DNA of 64,000 bases, taken from the NCBI GenBank assembly GCA_015062385.1, contig SUUT01000006.1:7587-71586 (forward strand), read 5' to 3'. This DNA comes from Alphaproteobacteria bacterium. GTDB lineage: Bacteria > Pseudomonadota > Alphaproteobacteria > CAAHEQ01 > UBA3637. A program made the position numbers and the translations under genes. Positions 33,991-45,606 of the stretch are shown one piece after another. Positions within the stretch are counted from its first letter, which is position 1; each line of letters opens with the position of its first letter. The notes under the pieces were generated by a model. That model was not told where the DNA came from. It searched no databases and was given only the letters and a program-made list of their open reading frames with translations.

Positions 33991-35855
33991 GTACGCCTTG
34001 GAAATATGAAAAAGAACGTATCTTGCATCAACGCCTGATTTATTTAATCGGAATATTTGTTTTTGTTATTTTTTTATTGATTTGTCGGATGTTTTATTTG
34101 CAGATTATTTGTGGAGACAGATATAAAGAAATGGCTGATAAAAATCGGATATCCGTTCGGTTGACATTGCCCGGTCGTGGGTATATTTATGATCGAAACG
34201 GTGTTAAATTGGCCGAAAATCGAAAAACATTTCAGGCGGTTTTGTTTCGGGAAGAAAGTAAAACATATCGCCAAAGTATTGAAAATTTTCAAAAATTAAT
34301 TCCGTTAGAGGAAGATGAATTAAACCGTATTGATAAAGAAATCAAGCGTAAAAGACAATATATGCCCATTCGGGTTAAAAATAACCTGTCATTTGAGGAA
34401 GCTGCACTTATTCAATTAAACGCTGCCGATTTAAAAGGAATTCGTATTGAGGAAGAATTAACCCGTTTTTATCCGTTGAAAGAAAATGCGGCCCATTTAA
34501 TCGGCTATGTATCATTTTTAACGGAAAAAGACGTTTCGGATGATAAAGATTCACCGTTATTGGATTTGCCGGGGTATCGTATTGGCAGAATCGGTGTTGA
34601 AAAAGGATGGGAAAAAACGTTGCAGGGTATGCCCGGTATGCGTGAAACGGAAGTTAATGCGTTTGGACGATCGATTCGTGTTTTAAAAGAAGAAAATGCA
34701 CAAAAGGGTGAAAATTTAACTTTAACAATTGATTCTCGTTTACAGGAATTTGCTTTAAAAGCAATGGGAGAAGAAGCAGGTTCAGCTATTGTCATGGATG
34801 TGCATAGTGGTGCGATTTTAGCTCTTGTTTCTGCTCCGTCATTTGATCCAAATATATTTACCCGACCTATTCCTCAAAAAATTTGGAATCCGTTGATTCA
34901 AGATGAGAAAAAACCGCTTCAAAATAAGGCAATTAACGGATTGTATTCCCCCGGTTCCATTTTTAAATTAGTTGTGGCTTTGGCAGGATTGGAAAGTGGT
35001 CATATTACAGCTTCTCGCAAGGTGTTTTGTTCGGGACGAACACAAATCGGAAAACAATATTTTCACTGTTGGAAGCGGGGCGGACACGGAGCTTTAACCA
35101 TTGAAGAAGCCCTTATGCATTCGTGTGATGTTTATTTTTATGAATTAGCACAGGAAATCGGTTGGAAAAAAATTATTTCCGTTGCTAAACGATTGGGATA
35201 CGGTATTGAAAGTTCACTCAATCTGACAGGCGAAAAAGCGGGTATTTTGCCCTCGCAGGAATGGAAAAAAGCAAAATTTAAAGATGATTGGCGTAGAGGT
35301 GATACATTAAATTTAAGTATCGGGCAAGGCTTTTTATCTGCTACACCTCTTCAAATGGTTTTGGCAACGGCACGGATTGCAAATGGTGGTTATGCAGTTG
35401 AGCCGGGTTTGGTTTTAAGTCAAATCCGACAAAAAACATCTGAAAGTTTAGGATTTTCACCATATCATTTAAAATTAATTCGTTCCGGTATGAGTATGGT
35501 TGTTAATAAAAATGGTGGAACAGCCTATAAAGCCCGATTTGATATAAACGGTCAGAAAATGGCCGGTAAAACGGCAAGTACACAGGTGCGGCGTATTACA
35601 ATGAAAGAACGGGAAAAAGGTGTGCGTTCACAAGAAGATTTACCATGGAAATATCGAGATCATGCTATGTTTACGGCATTTGCACCGCTGGATAATCCGC
35701 AGTTTGCCGTGATTGTTGCCGTTGAACACGGTGGTGGCGGTTCTAAAACGGCAGCTCCGATTGCATCACAAATTTTACAGGAAACATTACGTTTGTATCC
35801 GAACGGCTTGACGGAACGCAAATCGGATGATATGAATAATGTACAAACCGATTGA
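33987..35855 (+). CDS. mrdA: penicillin-binding protein 2 (elongasome transpeptidase)
   Basis: It has an N-terminal TM helix, a PBP dimerisation domain and a transpeptidase domain with SPGSIFK (SxxK). It lies in the mre-rodA operon. Confidence 0.9.
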   Translation: MSTPWKYEKERILHQRLIYLIGIFVFVIFLLICRMFYLQIICGDRYKEMADKNRISVRLTLPGRGYIYDRNGVKLAENRKTFQAVLFREESKTYRQSIENFQKLIPLEEDELNRIDKEIKRKRQYMPIRVKNNLSFEEAALIQLNAADLKGIRIEEELTRFYPLKENAAHLIGYVSFLTEKDVSDDKDSPLLDLPGYRIGRIGVEKGWEKTLQGMPGMRETEVNAFGRSIRVLKEENAQKGENLTLTIDSRLQEFALKAMGEEAGSAIVMDVHSGAILALVSAPSFDPNIFTRPIPQKIWNPLIQDEKKPLQNKAINGLYSPGSIFKLVVALAGLESGHITASRKVFCSGRTQIGKQYFHCWKRGGHGALTIEEALMHSCDVYFYELAQEIGWKKIISVAKRLGYGIESSLNLTGEKAGILPSQEWKKAKFKDDWRRGDTLNLSIGQGFLSATPLQMVLATARIANGGYAVEPGLVLSQIRQKTSESLGFSPYHLKLIRSGMSMVVNKNGGTAYKARFDINGQKMAGKTASTQVRRITMKEREKGVRSQEDLPWKYRDHAMFTAFAPLDNPQFAVIVAVEHGGGGSKTAAPIASQILQETLRLYPNGLTERKSDDMNNVQTD

Positions 35856-35874
35856 TTTCGGTTGAAAGGTTAAA

Positions 35875-37035
35875 ATGTTTTTTAAAGAAAGAAACTGTTA
35901 TTTAAAAGATTATAATTTATCTTTAAAAGAAAAGATAAAGCGGTTTAATTTTCGGTATCTTTTTTTAATCTGTACCGTTGTTTTTATCGGCATCGGAACG
36001 TTGTATTCTGCCGGAAACGGTAATTGGACTCCTTGGGCAGATAAGCAATTTGCCCGTTTTTTGTTGAGTTTGAGTGTTTTGTTTTTTGTGGCTTTTATTA
36101 ATTTAAGAACATGGATGAAATATGCCTATTGGATTTATGCATTGGGTGTAGCGGCATTAATTGGTGTGGAATTGTTTGGTTCGGTCAATATGGGGGCTCA
36201 ACGGTGGCTTAATTTGGGAATTATGAATGTACAGCCGTCCGAGGTGATGAAAATAGCCCTTATTTTGGCTTTGGCACGTTATTTTCATTCGGCTTCGTTA
36301 TCGGATATTCAATCGGTTCAATATATAATACCGCCGATGTTGCTGATGGGACTTCCTGTTGCATTGATTATGAAACAGCCGGATTTAGGGACAGCTTTAA
36401 TGTTGGTTTTTGCAACCGGAGCCATTTTTTTTGTTGTTGGTGTTCAGTTGTGGAAATTTTTGGCGGTTATTTTATCGGTTGGATGTTCAATACCGATTTT
36501 ATGGACGTTTTTACACGATTATCAAAAACAGCGGGTTTTGACGTTTTTAAATCCGGAAAATGATCCGTATGGAGCAGGGTATAATATTATTCAGTCTAAA
36601 ATAACGCTGGGTTCAGGTGGATTATTCGGAAAAGGATTTATGGAAAGTACACAAGGACGATTAAGCTTTTTGCCCGAAAAACAAACGGATTTTATTTTTA
36701 CGGTTTTATCCGAGGAATTTGGTTTTTTGGGTTCTTCGGCTTTAATTGTTTTATATTTGATTATTATTTTATACGGATTTTATATCAGTTATCAATCTAA
36801 TAATTTTTTTGGGAAAGTATTGGCAATTGGATTAACGGTTAATTTTGCCCTATATGTATTTATAAATATCGGAATGGTTAGTGGCATGTTGCCGGTTGTG
36901 GGTGTACCATTGCCATTAATTTCATACGGCGGAACGGCGATGTTAACCTTGTTCGCAGGATTTGGGTTGATTGAATCGGTTTATATCAATCGGGAAATGG
37001 TTATCGGTCGACGTGGATCTATTGAGGATGAATAG
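35875..37035 (+). CDS. rodA: SEDS-family peptidoglycan polymerase RodA
   Basis: It has NPENDPYGAGYNIIQSKITLGSGGLFGKG, LPEKQTDFIF and PLPLISYGGT signatures. Confidence 0.9.
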   Translation: MFFKERNCYLKDYNLSLKEKIKRFNFRYLFLICTVVFIGIGTLYSAGNGNWTPWADKQFARFLLSLSVLFFVAFINLRTWMKYAYWIYALGVAALIGVELFGSVNMGAQRWLNLGIMNVQPSEVMKIALILALARYFHSASLSDIQSVQYIIPPMLLMGLPVALIMKQPDLGTALMLVFATGAIFFVVGVQLWKFLAVILSVGCSIPILWTFLHDYQKQRVLTFLNPENDPYGAGYNIIQSKITLGSGGLFGKGFMESTQGRLSFLPEKQTDFIFTVLSEEFGFLGSSALIVLYLIIILYGFYISYQSNNFFGKVLAIGLTVNFALYVFINIGMVSGMLPVVGVPLPLISYGGTAMLTLFAGFGLIESVYINREMVIGRRGSIEDE

Positions 37036-37047
37036 GAGAATAAGTAA

Positions 37048-38841
37048 ATGAGTGATATTGATACCTCTTTGGATGCGGCTTTTCAGGCGTATAACAATCA
37101 TCAGTTTGATATGGCGGAAGATTTGGTTCGTGATGTATTGACAATTTCGCCCACAAACGGAGATGCCTTGTATTTGTTGGGATTAATTGCTTATCGAGCA
37201 AATGCCTATGAGCCGGCAGAAAAATTGCTTTATGAAGCAGTTAAATTCTATCCGCAACAAGAAAACTACACATTGGCGTTGGCAAGTGTTTTGCAAAAAA
37301 CAGGGCGATTGGATGAAGCATTAAGCTATTATTCAAAGTATCCGAATAATGCAACAGGAATGGCTCAAACAGGATATATTTATTTGCAAAAAGGACAAAC
37401 CGATTTTGCCGGAAGTGCTTTTAAAAAGGCATTGGAATTGGATAAAAAATGCTTGACAGCATTTATCGGAGAAGCGTTGATTGACCGTCAAAACGGAAAT
37501 CATACAAATGCACTGAAAAAATTAGTACAGGCTCAATCAATCGGTGTGAATGCCGAGTTGAACTATCAGTTAAGTGTTCAGTATCGTTTAAATGGTAATT
37601 TTGCATTGGCTTTGGATTATATTAATTTAGCTTTGGCAGATGAAACGACAGCTTCGTTTTTAAATGAAAAAGGATTGGTTTTTGAAGCACTGCAAGATGA
37701 TATATCTGCTCAAAAAGCATACGAGGAAGCCATTGAGTTGAATGCTTATGCACCGGACAGTTTTTATAATTTGGGTAATATTTATCTGCGACAAGAAAAT
37801 TATCGTCAGGCAGAGGATTATTATAAAAAAGCATTGGCATTGGATGCTGATTTTTTAAATGCACATCATAATTTGGCGATTGCTCTTTGTAAACAAAATC
37901 GCAAACCGGAAGGGTTGGAACATTATCGGGAAGCACTTATTATTCAACCGACACATATTCCGACATTATATAATTTAGCAATGATGTTGGAAGAAATGGG
38001 TGATTACAGTGAATCAGCGGGACTTTATTTTAATGTGTTAGCATTAAAAGCAAAGCCTGATATGATAGAATTTCGTATTGCAAATACGCTGGCAGCATTG
38101 TCGGAAATCGGAAAGAAAGAATCAAAAGAAGCTATTGATTTTGCAAAAGGATGGGTAAAGCATTTTCCGGAAAGTTTAGTTGCTCAACATACGTTAAATG
38201 CCCTAACGCATACGATTAAAGATACGTCAAAAATAACAGCATATGCTAAGCAATTATATGATTTATTTGCTAAAACGTATGATTTAACAATGGAAAAATT
38301 AGAGGCACAAGGATTATTAACGGTATTGAGTTATATCAATCAATTGCCGGATAATACGTTGGGAGATGTATTGGATTTAGCCTGTGGAACAGGTATGTTT
38401 TCTGTCGGGTTAAATAAACAATTTATATCCTTGACCGGTGTAGATATTTCTGCTGAAATGTTAAAATATGCCAAACAGAAAGAAAAATATACATCTTTAA
38501 TTGAACAGGATGTTTTAACTTATTTGGAAACAACGGATAAACATTATGATTTGATTTGTGCCGTAGAATTAAGCGGATATGTTGCAGATATTGAACGATT
38601 GATTAAGCAGGTTAAAAATCATTTAAAGGCGACAGGGCGATTTGTTTTAACCATAGAAAATACGGCAACGGACAAAGTTTATTTGTCGGAGCAGGGCCGA
38701 TATCTGTATCGACCGGATTATATTCAAAACATCCTAAAACAAAACGGATTTCAGTCGATTGATAAGCAGGAAATTCATTTGAGAAAAGAAGGAACGGGCA
38801 ATCAAACCGTTATCGGAACTGTTTTTTACGCCACTGTATAG
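37048..38841 (+). CDS. TPR-repeat protein fused to class I SAM-dependent methyltransferase
   Basis: It has multiple TPR units (e.g. AYEEAIELNAYAPDSFYNLGNIYLRQENYRQAEDYYKKALALD). The C-terminal domain carries motif I VLDLACGTGMF. Confidence 0.75.
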   Translation: MSDIDTSLDAAFQAYNNHQFDMAEDLVRDVLTISPTNGDALYLLGLIAYRANAYEPAEKLLYEAVKFYPQQENYTLALASVLQKTGRLDEALSYYSKYPNNATGMAQTGYIYLQKGQTDFAGSAFKKALELDKKCLTAFIGEALIDRQNGNHTNALKKLVQAQSIGVNAELNYQLSVQYRLNGNFALALDYINLALADETTASFLNEKGLVFEALQDDISAQKAYEEAIELNAYAPDSFYNLGNIYLRQENYRQAEDYYKKALALDADFLNAHHNLAIALCKQNRKPEGLEHYREALIIQPTHIPTLYNLAMMLEEMGDYSESAGLYFNVLALKAKPDMIEFRIANTLAALSEIGKKESKEAIDFAKGWVKHFPESLVAQHTLNALTHTIKDTSKITAYAKQLYDLFAKTYDLTMEKLEAQGLLTVLSYINQLPDNTLGDVLDLACGTGMFSVGLNKQFISLTGVDISAEMLKYAKQKEKYTSLIEQDVLTYLETTDKHYDLICAVELSGYVADIERLIKQVKNHLKATGRFVLTIENTATDKVYLSEQGRYLYRPDYIQNILKQNGFQSIDKQEIHLRKEGTGNQTVIGTVFYATV

Positions 38842-38892
38842 ATTTTTTTTCTGATTTTAGTGCGTTTTCCTGTTGTTGTGTAAAATATCCGT

Positions 38893-38950
38893 TATACAAA
38901 AAATGGTATTTAAAGAAATATGACGTTTCATCAGAACCATTTTTTGTATA
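38893..38950. terminator. long bidirectional hairpin between convergent genes
   Basis: tatacaaaaaatggt ... accattttttgtata forms a 15-bp stem with a 28-nt loop. Confidence 0.5.
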
Positions 38951-38959
38951 AGGGCTGGA

Positions 38960-39565
38960 TTAGTTGATTCTTTCAACAACAATTGTTACATTTGTAATGA
39001 AAATTTTAAAAGCAATGGCAAGAAGCAAAATTCCAAAGAATTTTTGAAGCATATAAATAACGCCTTGACCTAAAAATGCGGCAATTTTTTCTACAAAAAA
39101 CAAGATTAAGCTGATAATGACAATGTTGGCAGCAATGGCTAACAAAATATTGATATCGTGATATTGGGCTCGAATGGTTAAAAGTGTTGTTAATACACCG
39201 GCTCCCGTTAATAACGGAAAAACAATCGGAATAAAGGTTGCATCTTTTGATGATTTGGGTCCTCCGCTTTTAAAAATTTCAATATCCAACATCATTTCCA
39301 AACCGAAGAAGAAAATAACAATAGAACCGGCAATGGCAAAGGTGGAAATATCTAAACCAAACAAGGATAAAAAGGCTTCTCCGATATAAAAGAAACTAAA
39401 CATCATAATTGTTGCATATAATGTTCCTGTTTTAGGGTTGATAATCCGTCCTTTTTCCTTTGAATTTAAAATAACAGGAATACTGCCGACCGCATCAATG
39501 GCGGCAAACAGAATCAGAAATGCACTTAAAAATTGTTGAAAATTAATTTGTTGTAAAAAAGACAT
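38960..39565 (-). CDS. MarC-family (UPF0056) membrane protein
   Basis: A six-TM protein with an N-terminal FLSAFLILFAAIDAVGSIPVIL, typical of MarC/YhgN proteins. Confidence 0.75.
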   Translation of the reverse strand: MSFLQQINFQQFLSAFLILFAAIDAVGSIPVILNSKEKGRIINPKTGTLYATIMMFSFFYIGEAFLSLFGLDISTFAIAGSIVIFFFGLEMMLDIEIFKSGGPKSSKDATFIPIVFPLLTGAGVLTTLLTIRAQYHDINILLAIAANIVIISLILFFVEKIAAFLGQGVIYMLQKFFGILLLAIAFKIFITNVTIVVERIN

Positions 39566-39754
39566 TTTTTTCTCCGTTTATAAAAAGGTTAATTTTTAGG
39601 TTTCATTTTGAAAAATGAACAAAAAATATGCTTCTTTTTATAAATTGTCAAGCCTCTTTTTGATGCTGTCATAAAATTTTAAAATGTCGTTTTTCAAAAA
39701 AATATGCCTTGAATTTAATCAAGGCATAAAGGCTTTGAATTTTTTTTTTAATTA

Positions 39755-40150
39755 TTATTGTGTATTGGTGTTCTGTCCTGTTTTTTGGAACAATAATTCT
39801 TTATCGTTTTTCAAAATCAAGATTAAATATTTTTCGGCAATTTTAAAGCGTTCCACATTAGATAAATCTTTAAAATAAGCGTGTTCTGCTTCCATTTCGG
39901 CAGGTGCTCCGGCCATTTGTGTCATACCGCCGGCATTTAACGTGATTTTATTACCGTTTATTTCATATGTGCCAAAGTAATTGTTTAAGGCTTTACCGTA
40001 ATACTTATTTTCGACATTGTCAAAGGCCAATGTAATCGGCATACCTTGTGGACTGGTTGATAATGTATAAACATTTCCTTTAATGGATGGTTGATGACAA
40101 CCCGTTAAGGCAACTGTTGATAAAATAAGGGCAAATAAGTTTTTTTTCAT
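39755..40150 (-). CDS. META-domain (HslJ-like) lipoprotein
   Basis: It has the lipobox ALTGC and the pattern NNYFGTYEINGNKITLNAGGMTQMAGAPAEMEAEHAYFKDL, typical of META domains. Confidence 0.7.
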   Translation of the reverse strand: MKKNLFALILSTVALTGCHQPSIKGNVYTLSTSPQGMPITLAFDNVENKYYGKALNNYFGTYEINGNKITLNAGGMTQMAGAPAEMEAEHAYFKDLSNVERFKIAEKYLILILKNDKELLFQKTGQNTNTQ

Positions 40151-40275
40151 AATTTCCTCCGATTTGTTTTATTTCAATATAAGTGGTTTTCAAAAAAAAA
40201 TCAAATAAAATGAAAAAATAACTTTACTTTTTCCGGAAAAAAAATAAGATACATAGAAATTGGAGGAGTAAAACA

Positions 40276-40875
40276 ATGATTGTTGGTTTAACGGGTGGTA
40301 TTGCAACAGGGAAAACAACGGTGACAAATCAACTGTTGAAAGATGGGTTTGTTGTTGTTGATGCGGATGATATAACACATCAATTATATCGTGAAAATAA
40401 GGACCTGATTGAAAAAATAAAAACTTTTTTCCCCGAAGCGGTGGAAAACGGTATGATTAATCGCCAGACACTGGCACGTTATGTCATTCAAAATCCGGCA
40501 CTGATGACACGGTTGGATTTTTTAACACACGGCTATATTGTTCGAGCAATACAGGATAAAATGGATGAATTATCCCAAACAAATGCGATTGTTATTTTAT
40601 CGGCTCCGTTGTTGTTTGAAACGGGTATGTATCATTTATGTGAAAAAGTTATCGGATTATATGCCGATTTAACGACACAGTATGATCGGGCACTTATGCG
40701 TAGCGGTATGACGTCCGATAAATTGGAATTGCTTATTTCCAAGCAATGGGCAAATCATCAGCGGGAAGTTTTATCTGACTTGTGGGTTTCTACCGATACG
40801 CCGTTTGAAGAAACGTATCAAACCGTTTTAGCTTATTTAAGAAAATTGGAAAAATCGGTTTCAAAATCCAAGTAA
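40276..40875 (+). CDS. coaE: dephospho-CoA kinase
   Basis: It has MIVGLTGGIATGKTTV (P-loop), VVDADDI and PLLFE motifs. Confidence 0.9.
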   Translation: MIVGLTGGIATGKTTVTNQLLKDGFVVVDADDITHQLYRENKDLIEKIKTFFPEAVENGMINRQTLARYVIQNPALMTRLDFLTHGYIVRAIQDKMDELSQTNAIVILSAPLLFETGMYHLCEKVIGLYADLTTQYDRALMRSGMTSDKLELLISKQWANHQREVLSDLWVSTDTPFEETYQTVLAYLRKLEKSVSKSK

Positions 40876-41292
40876 AGTCTGTTCGGGCAGAAATGATGTT
40901 TTGAGTGTTTGTTTTTCAGATAAATATGCTTTGAATTTTTGGTAATTAATCTCGTCAAACAGTAAATCTTTAACAGATACCTGTTGTGTATCTGCCGGAG
41001 CAATAAATTTATAGTTTTGGGGTTTTAATTTAGAAACGGTTGCTGTTCCCTGATGTAAAATTTTACACGAATCATACGTTGCCAGATAAAAAGGACCTGT
41101 TAAATAGAGGGTTTTAATGGCATATTTCTGTGTTTTTTCATTAATCAGTGTAAAATCAAAAAAGTATGTCTTTAAATTTTTGCAGTGAATGCATAATTCC
41201 ATATCGGTACTGAATAATCCGTCCAAAATATCACTTGGTGATAGATTGTATCGGATACAAAGTGTATTGAGTGAATGATATGTTTGTGTCAT
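40861..41292 (-). CDS. hypothetical protein (143 aa)
   Basis: ORF only. Its 3' end overlaps the end of coaE by 15 nt. Confidence 0.4.
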   Translation of the reverse strand: MTQTYHSLNTLCIRYNLSPSDILDGLFSTDMELCIHCKNLKTYFFDFTLINEKTQKYAIKTLYLTGPFYLATYDSCKILHQGTATVSKLKPQNYKFIAPADTQQVSVKDLLFDEINYQKFKAYLSEKQTLKTSFLPEQTLLGF

Positions 41293-41413
41293 TTGTCCCC
41301 CTTTGAACGTGTCTTTTTAGGTGGGTTTGGTTTGTGATAATGTCAAGTTAGCCGATAAATAAATTGACGAATGTTTATATTGTGCTATAATGCCTGTATT
41401 CAGTTGAAAGGAT

Positions 41414-41815
41414 ATGCTTATGAAACCGATAAAATTAATTTTTTGTTTAAGTGTCGTATGCTGTTTGATAGGATGTCAGCGTTTAACCGTTCCGCAACAA
41501 GCGACACAGGAAAATTATAAAACCCTTTTAAACGGTTGGTTGGGGGAGAATAAAGATTCCTTGTATCAGGTTTGGGGCGAACCGGCACATGATTACTGGA
41601 AAGAAAATGCCAATTATGTGATTTACATTAAAACACAGGTGGAAGAAACGGCACAAGGAGCGACGATTAACCGAATGCCTTATATGGCAAATACGCATGC
41701 ATTTTATGAAAAACCGCAAAGTCTTGTCACAAAATCATGTACAACATTATTTAAATTGGAAGACGGTATTATTTCCACTTGGAAATTTGAAGGCAATGCG
41801 TGTGTTGCATATTAA
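41414..41815 (+). CDS. hypothetical lipoprotein
   Basis: It has a signal peptide with the lipobox CLIGC. Confidence 0.5.
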   Translation: MLMKPIKLIFCLSVVCCLIGCQRLTVPQQATQENYKTLLNGWLGENKDSLYQVWGEPAHDYWKENANYVIYIKTQVEETAQGATINRMPYMANTHAFYEKPQSLVTKSCTTLFKLEDGIISTWKFEGNACVAY

Positions 41816-41970
41816 AAACTCTTATATTTATCGTTATTTATCACAATAATAATTTTGAGTGTTAATTTTATTTGTTAAGATGTTGGATAAAATCCGGCAT
41901 GATAACTTGAAACATCGGACTAAATCCGGCATGATACAATGAGCGTATGAGCGAAGATATGTAAAAGGTA

Positions 41971-43557
41971 TTATTCTTTTACTTTTAAGAATTTTAAATC
42001 AGGATTATCTTCCATCGCTTTATTTAAATGCCATGCATTTCGGGCTAAAAAGACAGCATCCATATCGTGATCCGTTGCCATAGTTGTTGCATTGATATCG
42101 GAAAATCTTTTCACTTTATCCGAATCACCGGCAACCCAACGGGCAGTATAATATGACGTTGGTTCAAAAATAACGGGAACATCAAATTCTGTTCTGATAC
42201 GATCTGCCAATACTTCAAATTGTAAAACACCGACAACACCGACAATCCATTCAAATCCGTGAATGGGTTTAAAAACGCTAGCACCGCCTTCTTCCGCAAT
42301 TTGATCTAATGCTTTTGCTAAATGCTTTGTTTTAAGCGGATCAACGGCACGTACTTTTTTCAGCAATTCCGGTGCAAAAGACGGAATGCCTTTAAATTGG
42401 ATTAACTCGCCTTCTGTAAATGTATCACCGATACGCATGCCCCCGTGATTGGGTAATCCGATGATGTCACCGGCAAATGCTTCTTCCGCTACTTCTCGAT
42501 CTTGGGCCAAAAACATAACAGGGTTGTGTAATATCATCTGTTTTTGTGAACGGGAATGGAGTAATTTCATCCCCCGTTTAAAGTGTCCGGAACATAAACG
42601 CATAAAGGCAATTCTATCCCGATGTTTGGGATCCATATTGGCTTGAATTTTAAAAATAAAGCCACTTACTTTATCTTCATCGGGTTCAATGATGCGTTGA
42701 GGTGTTGCCTGTGGTTTGGGGGCAGGGGCAAAGGCAACTAATGCATCCAATAATTCTTTAACACCGAAATTGTTGACTGCTGAACCGAAAAAGACAGGTG
42801 TTAATGTGCCTTCTAAATAAGCGTTTTTATCAAATGTCGGACACAATGCCCGTACCATTTCTACATTTTCCCGTAATTGAGATACTTGTTCGGTTGGCAA
42901 AACTTCATCTAATTTGGCATCATCTACGCCGTGAATGGTTGCAACAAATTCCGGCTTGGTAGATTTATCGGCTCCTTTTTCAAATAAATTCAGAGAATCA
43001 TCCAATAAATTAAAGCATCCTTTGAAATCCCGTCCCATACCGATAGGCCAAACGGCCGGAGAAACATCTAATGCCAATGTTTGTTCAATTTCTTCCAACA
43101 AGGCAAAAGCATCTTGTCCGTCACGGTCTAATTTGTTAATGAATGTAATAATGGGAATATCTCTTAATCGACAGACCTCAAAAAGTTTTTTTGTTTGTTC
43201 TTCAATCCCTTTGGCACAGTCAATGACCATTACGGCCGAATCAACAGCCGTTAAAACACGATAAGTATCTTCGGAAAAGTCTTCGTGCCCAGGGGTGTCA
43301 AGTAAATTGAATGAGCAACCACCGTATTCAAAGCTCATAACAGATGATGCAACGGAAATTCCCCGTTCCTGTTCTACTTTCATCCAGTCGGAATGTGCAC
43401 GTCGGTTTTCACCCCGTGCTTTAACTGCTCCGGCTTGGTTAATGGCACCGCCGAATAACAATAATTTTTCGGTTAATGTTGTTTTACCGGCATCCGGATG
43501 GGAAATAATGGCAAACGTTCTGCGTTTTGATACGGTTTGTTTTAATATGTCACTCAT
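41971..43557 (-). CDS. prfC: peptide chain release factor 3
   Basis: It has RRTFAIISHPDAGKTTLTEKLL, DTPGHEDF and NKLDR GTPase motifs, and RF3 length. Confidence 0.95.
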   Translation of the reverse strand: MSDILKQTVSKRRTFAIISHPDAGKTTLTEKLLLFGGAINQAGAVKARGENRRAHSDWMKVEQERGISVASSVMSFEYGGCSFNLLDTPGHEDFSEDTYRVLTAVDSAVMVIDCAKGIEEQTKKLFEVCRLRDIPIITFINKLDRDGQDAFALLEEIEQTLALDVSPAVWPIGMGRDFKGCFNLLDDSLNLFEKGADKSTKPEFVATIHGVDDAKLDEVLPTEQVSQLRENVEMVRALCPTFDKNAYLEGTLTPVFFGSAVNNFGVKELLDALVAFAPAPKPQATPQRIIEPDEDKVSGFIFKIQANMDPKHRDRIAFMRLCSGHFKRGMKLLHSRSQKQMILHNPVMFLAQDREVAEEAFAGDIIGLPNHGGMRIGDTFTEGELIQFKGIPSFAPELLKKVRAVDPLKTKHLAKALDQIAEEGGASVFKPIHGFEWIVGVVGVLQFEVLADRIRTEFDVPVIFEPTSYYTARWVAGDSDKVKRFSDINATTMATDHDMDAVFLARNAWHLNKAMEDNPDLKFLKVKE

Positions 43558-43969
43558 TTATTCATAATCCTTAAAAAATATTAAAATTTGCAATAGTATA
43601 TATAGTTTTTTGTTTTTTTTCAAGTAAAAAAGATATTGTTGTTTGTTTTCAAAAAAACAGGATGCATATTTTTTTATATGTACAACTGATTGTTTTAGCT
43701 GAAAGATTTTTTTTGTATGTAAAAAAGATAAAAAAATATGTTGTTTAGGGGTTGCATTTTTTATTTTATTTGCTACAATCAACAAAACTTTTTAAGAGAA
43801 CGAAAGCAAATGCATTATTTACTGTTTCATATTAAGCAGAAAAAAAAGCGTTATTGTGATATCAATTTTGCTTATCGTTTTTTGCCCCCTGTTTATCAAT
43901 TTCAAATTTTAAGTTCTTGTTGGCCAAAACAAGGGCTTTTTGTGTTTTGTTTTAAAGGAGTATAATGTT

Positions 43970-45595
43970 ATGACAAAATATGTTTTTATATTAGGCGGTG
44001 TTGTTTCTTCATTAGGGAAGGGAATTGCTTCTGCTGCTGTGGGCGGATTGTTAAAATCACGGGGATATTCCGTTCGTATGCGTAAAATGGATCCGTATTT
44101 AAATGTTGACCCTGGGACGATGTCTCCTTATCAACATGGTGAAGTTTTTGTGACACAGGATGGGGCTGAAACAGATTTGGATTTAGGGCATTATGAACGA
44201 TTTGCTGATGTTAATTGTCATAAAACAGACAGTATTTCCGGTGGACGTATTTATTATAATGTTATTCAAAAAGAACGGCGGGGAGATTATTTGGGGGCAA
44301 CCGTTCAGGCTATTCCGCACGTTACAAATGAAATTAAAGATTTTATTCGGTCCGATTTGCACGGAGAGGATTTTGTCTTGTACGAAGTCGGGGGTACGGT
44401 TGGCGATATTGAAGGAACACTTATGTTGGAAGGTATTCGCCAATTCGCTAATGAAGTCGGGCGTGAAAATGTTTTGTTTATTTTCTTAACGTTATTGCCA
44501 TATATCGATACGGCGGGAGAGTTGAAAACAAAACCGACACAACATGCCGTTAAAACGCTTTTGGAAGCAGGTATTCAGGCTGATATTTTGTTGTGTCGCT
44601 CGAAGGTTCAATTAGGGGAAGAAGAACGGCGTAAATTGGGATTGTTCTGTAATGTTAATCCGGATAATGTTGTTGTGGCGTTGGATGTTGACAACATTTA
44701 CAAAGTGCCGTTGTCTTATCATGAGGAAGGATTGGATGTGCAGGTTTTGAAGCATTTTAAAATGTATGAACAATCTCCGGAGCCGGACTTAACTAAATGG
44801 CATGAAATTATTAAAGTTACCGAAAATTATGAAAAAGAAGTGAAAATTGCCGTTGTCGGAAAGTACTGTGGATTATTGGAAGCCTATAAGTCTTTACAGG
44901 AAGCTTTGGTTCATGCCGGTATTTCCAATAAAGCAAAAGTACGGATTTCATGGATTGAAGCGGAAGAGTTAGAGGCATTGACCGATACGGAATTGTCAGA
45001 TAAATTAAAACCGTTTGATGGTATTTTAGTGCCGGGTGGATTTGGTATTCGAGGTATTCAGGGTAAAATTCGTGCTGTTCAATATGCCCGTGAAAACAAC
45101 GTGCCGTTTTTCGGTATTTGTTTGGGTATGCAAATGGCTGTTATTGAAGCATCTCGTCATTTATTGGGTATTGAAGATGCATCATCGGCAGAGTTTGGAT
45201 TAAAATGCACACCGGTTATTTCCAAAATGACGGTATGGGAAAAAGATGGGATTCAACACATTCGTCCGGACAACGGTGATATGGGGGGTACAATGCGATT
45301 AGGGGCTTATCCTTGTATATTGGATGAAAATTCTTTGGCACACAAAATTTATGGTGTGCGGGAAATTGCGGAACGGCATCGTCATCGGTATGAAATGGAT
45401 ATTGCTTATGCCGGTAAGTTACATGAAAAAGGATTTGTTGTTTCCGGAAAATCACCGGATGGATTGTTGCCTGAAATTGTAGAGATTCCGAATCATCCGT
45501 TTTTTATTGGTGTTCAGTTCCATCCGGAATTTACGTCTCGTCCGGGAAAGCCCAATCCGATATTTAAGTCGTTTATTGCGGCGGCAATGAAATAA
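43970..45595 (+). CDS. pyrG: CTP synthase
   Basis: The start is taken at [18 protein letters not shown]. It has the glutaminase GICLGMQ and HRHRYE motifs. Confidence 0.95.
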   Translation: MTKYVFILGGVVSSLGKGIASAAVGGLLKSRGYSVRMRKMDPYLNVDPGTMSPYQHGEVFVTQDGAETDLDLGHYERFADVNCHKTDSISGGRIYYNVIQKERRGDYLGATVQAIPHVTNEIKDFIRSDLHGEDFVLYEVGGTVGDIEGTLMLEGIRQFANEVGRENVLFIFLTLLPYIDTAGELKTKPTQHAVKTLLEAGIQADILLCRSKVQLGEEERRKLGLFCNVNPDNVVVALDVDNIYKVPLSYHEEGLDVQVLKHFKMYEQSPEPDLTKWHEIIKVTENYEKEVKIAVVGKYCGLLEAYKSLQEALVHAGISNKAKVRISWIEAEELEALTDTELSDKLKPFDGILVPGGFGIRGIQGKIRAVQYARENNVPFFGICLGMQMAVIEASRHLLGIEDASSAEFGLKCTPVISKMTVWEKDGIQHIRPDNGDMGGTMRLGAYPCILDENSLAHKIYGVREIAERHRHRYEMDIAYAGKLHEKGFVVSGKSPDGLLPEIVEIPNHPFFIGVQFHPEFTSRPGKPNPIFKSFIAAAMK

Positions 45596-45606
45596 AACGA
45601 ATTGTA

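Noticed and set aside
43752-43940. Attenuator upstream of pyrG: a promoter-like ttgcat-N16-tacaat at 43752-43779 and a hairpin cttgtt-ggccaa-aacaag at 43916-43933 followed by T-rich sequence.
   Set aside because: The hairpin has only 6 AT-rich base pairs and the region is generally AT-rich. This is too weak to call without transcript data.
43558-43965. ORFs 43558..43785(-) and 43738..43965(+) in the prfC-pyrG intergenic region.
   Set aside because: They translate AT-rich intergenic DNA into Lys/Phe/Ile-rich products with no RBS. They are most likely promoter or leader DNA.
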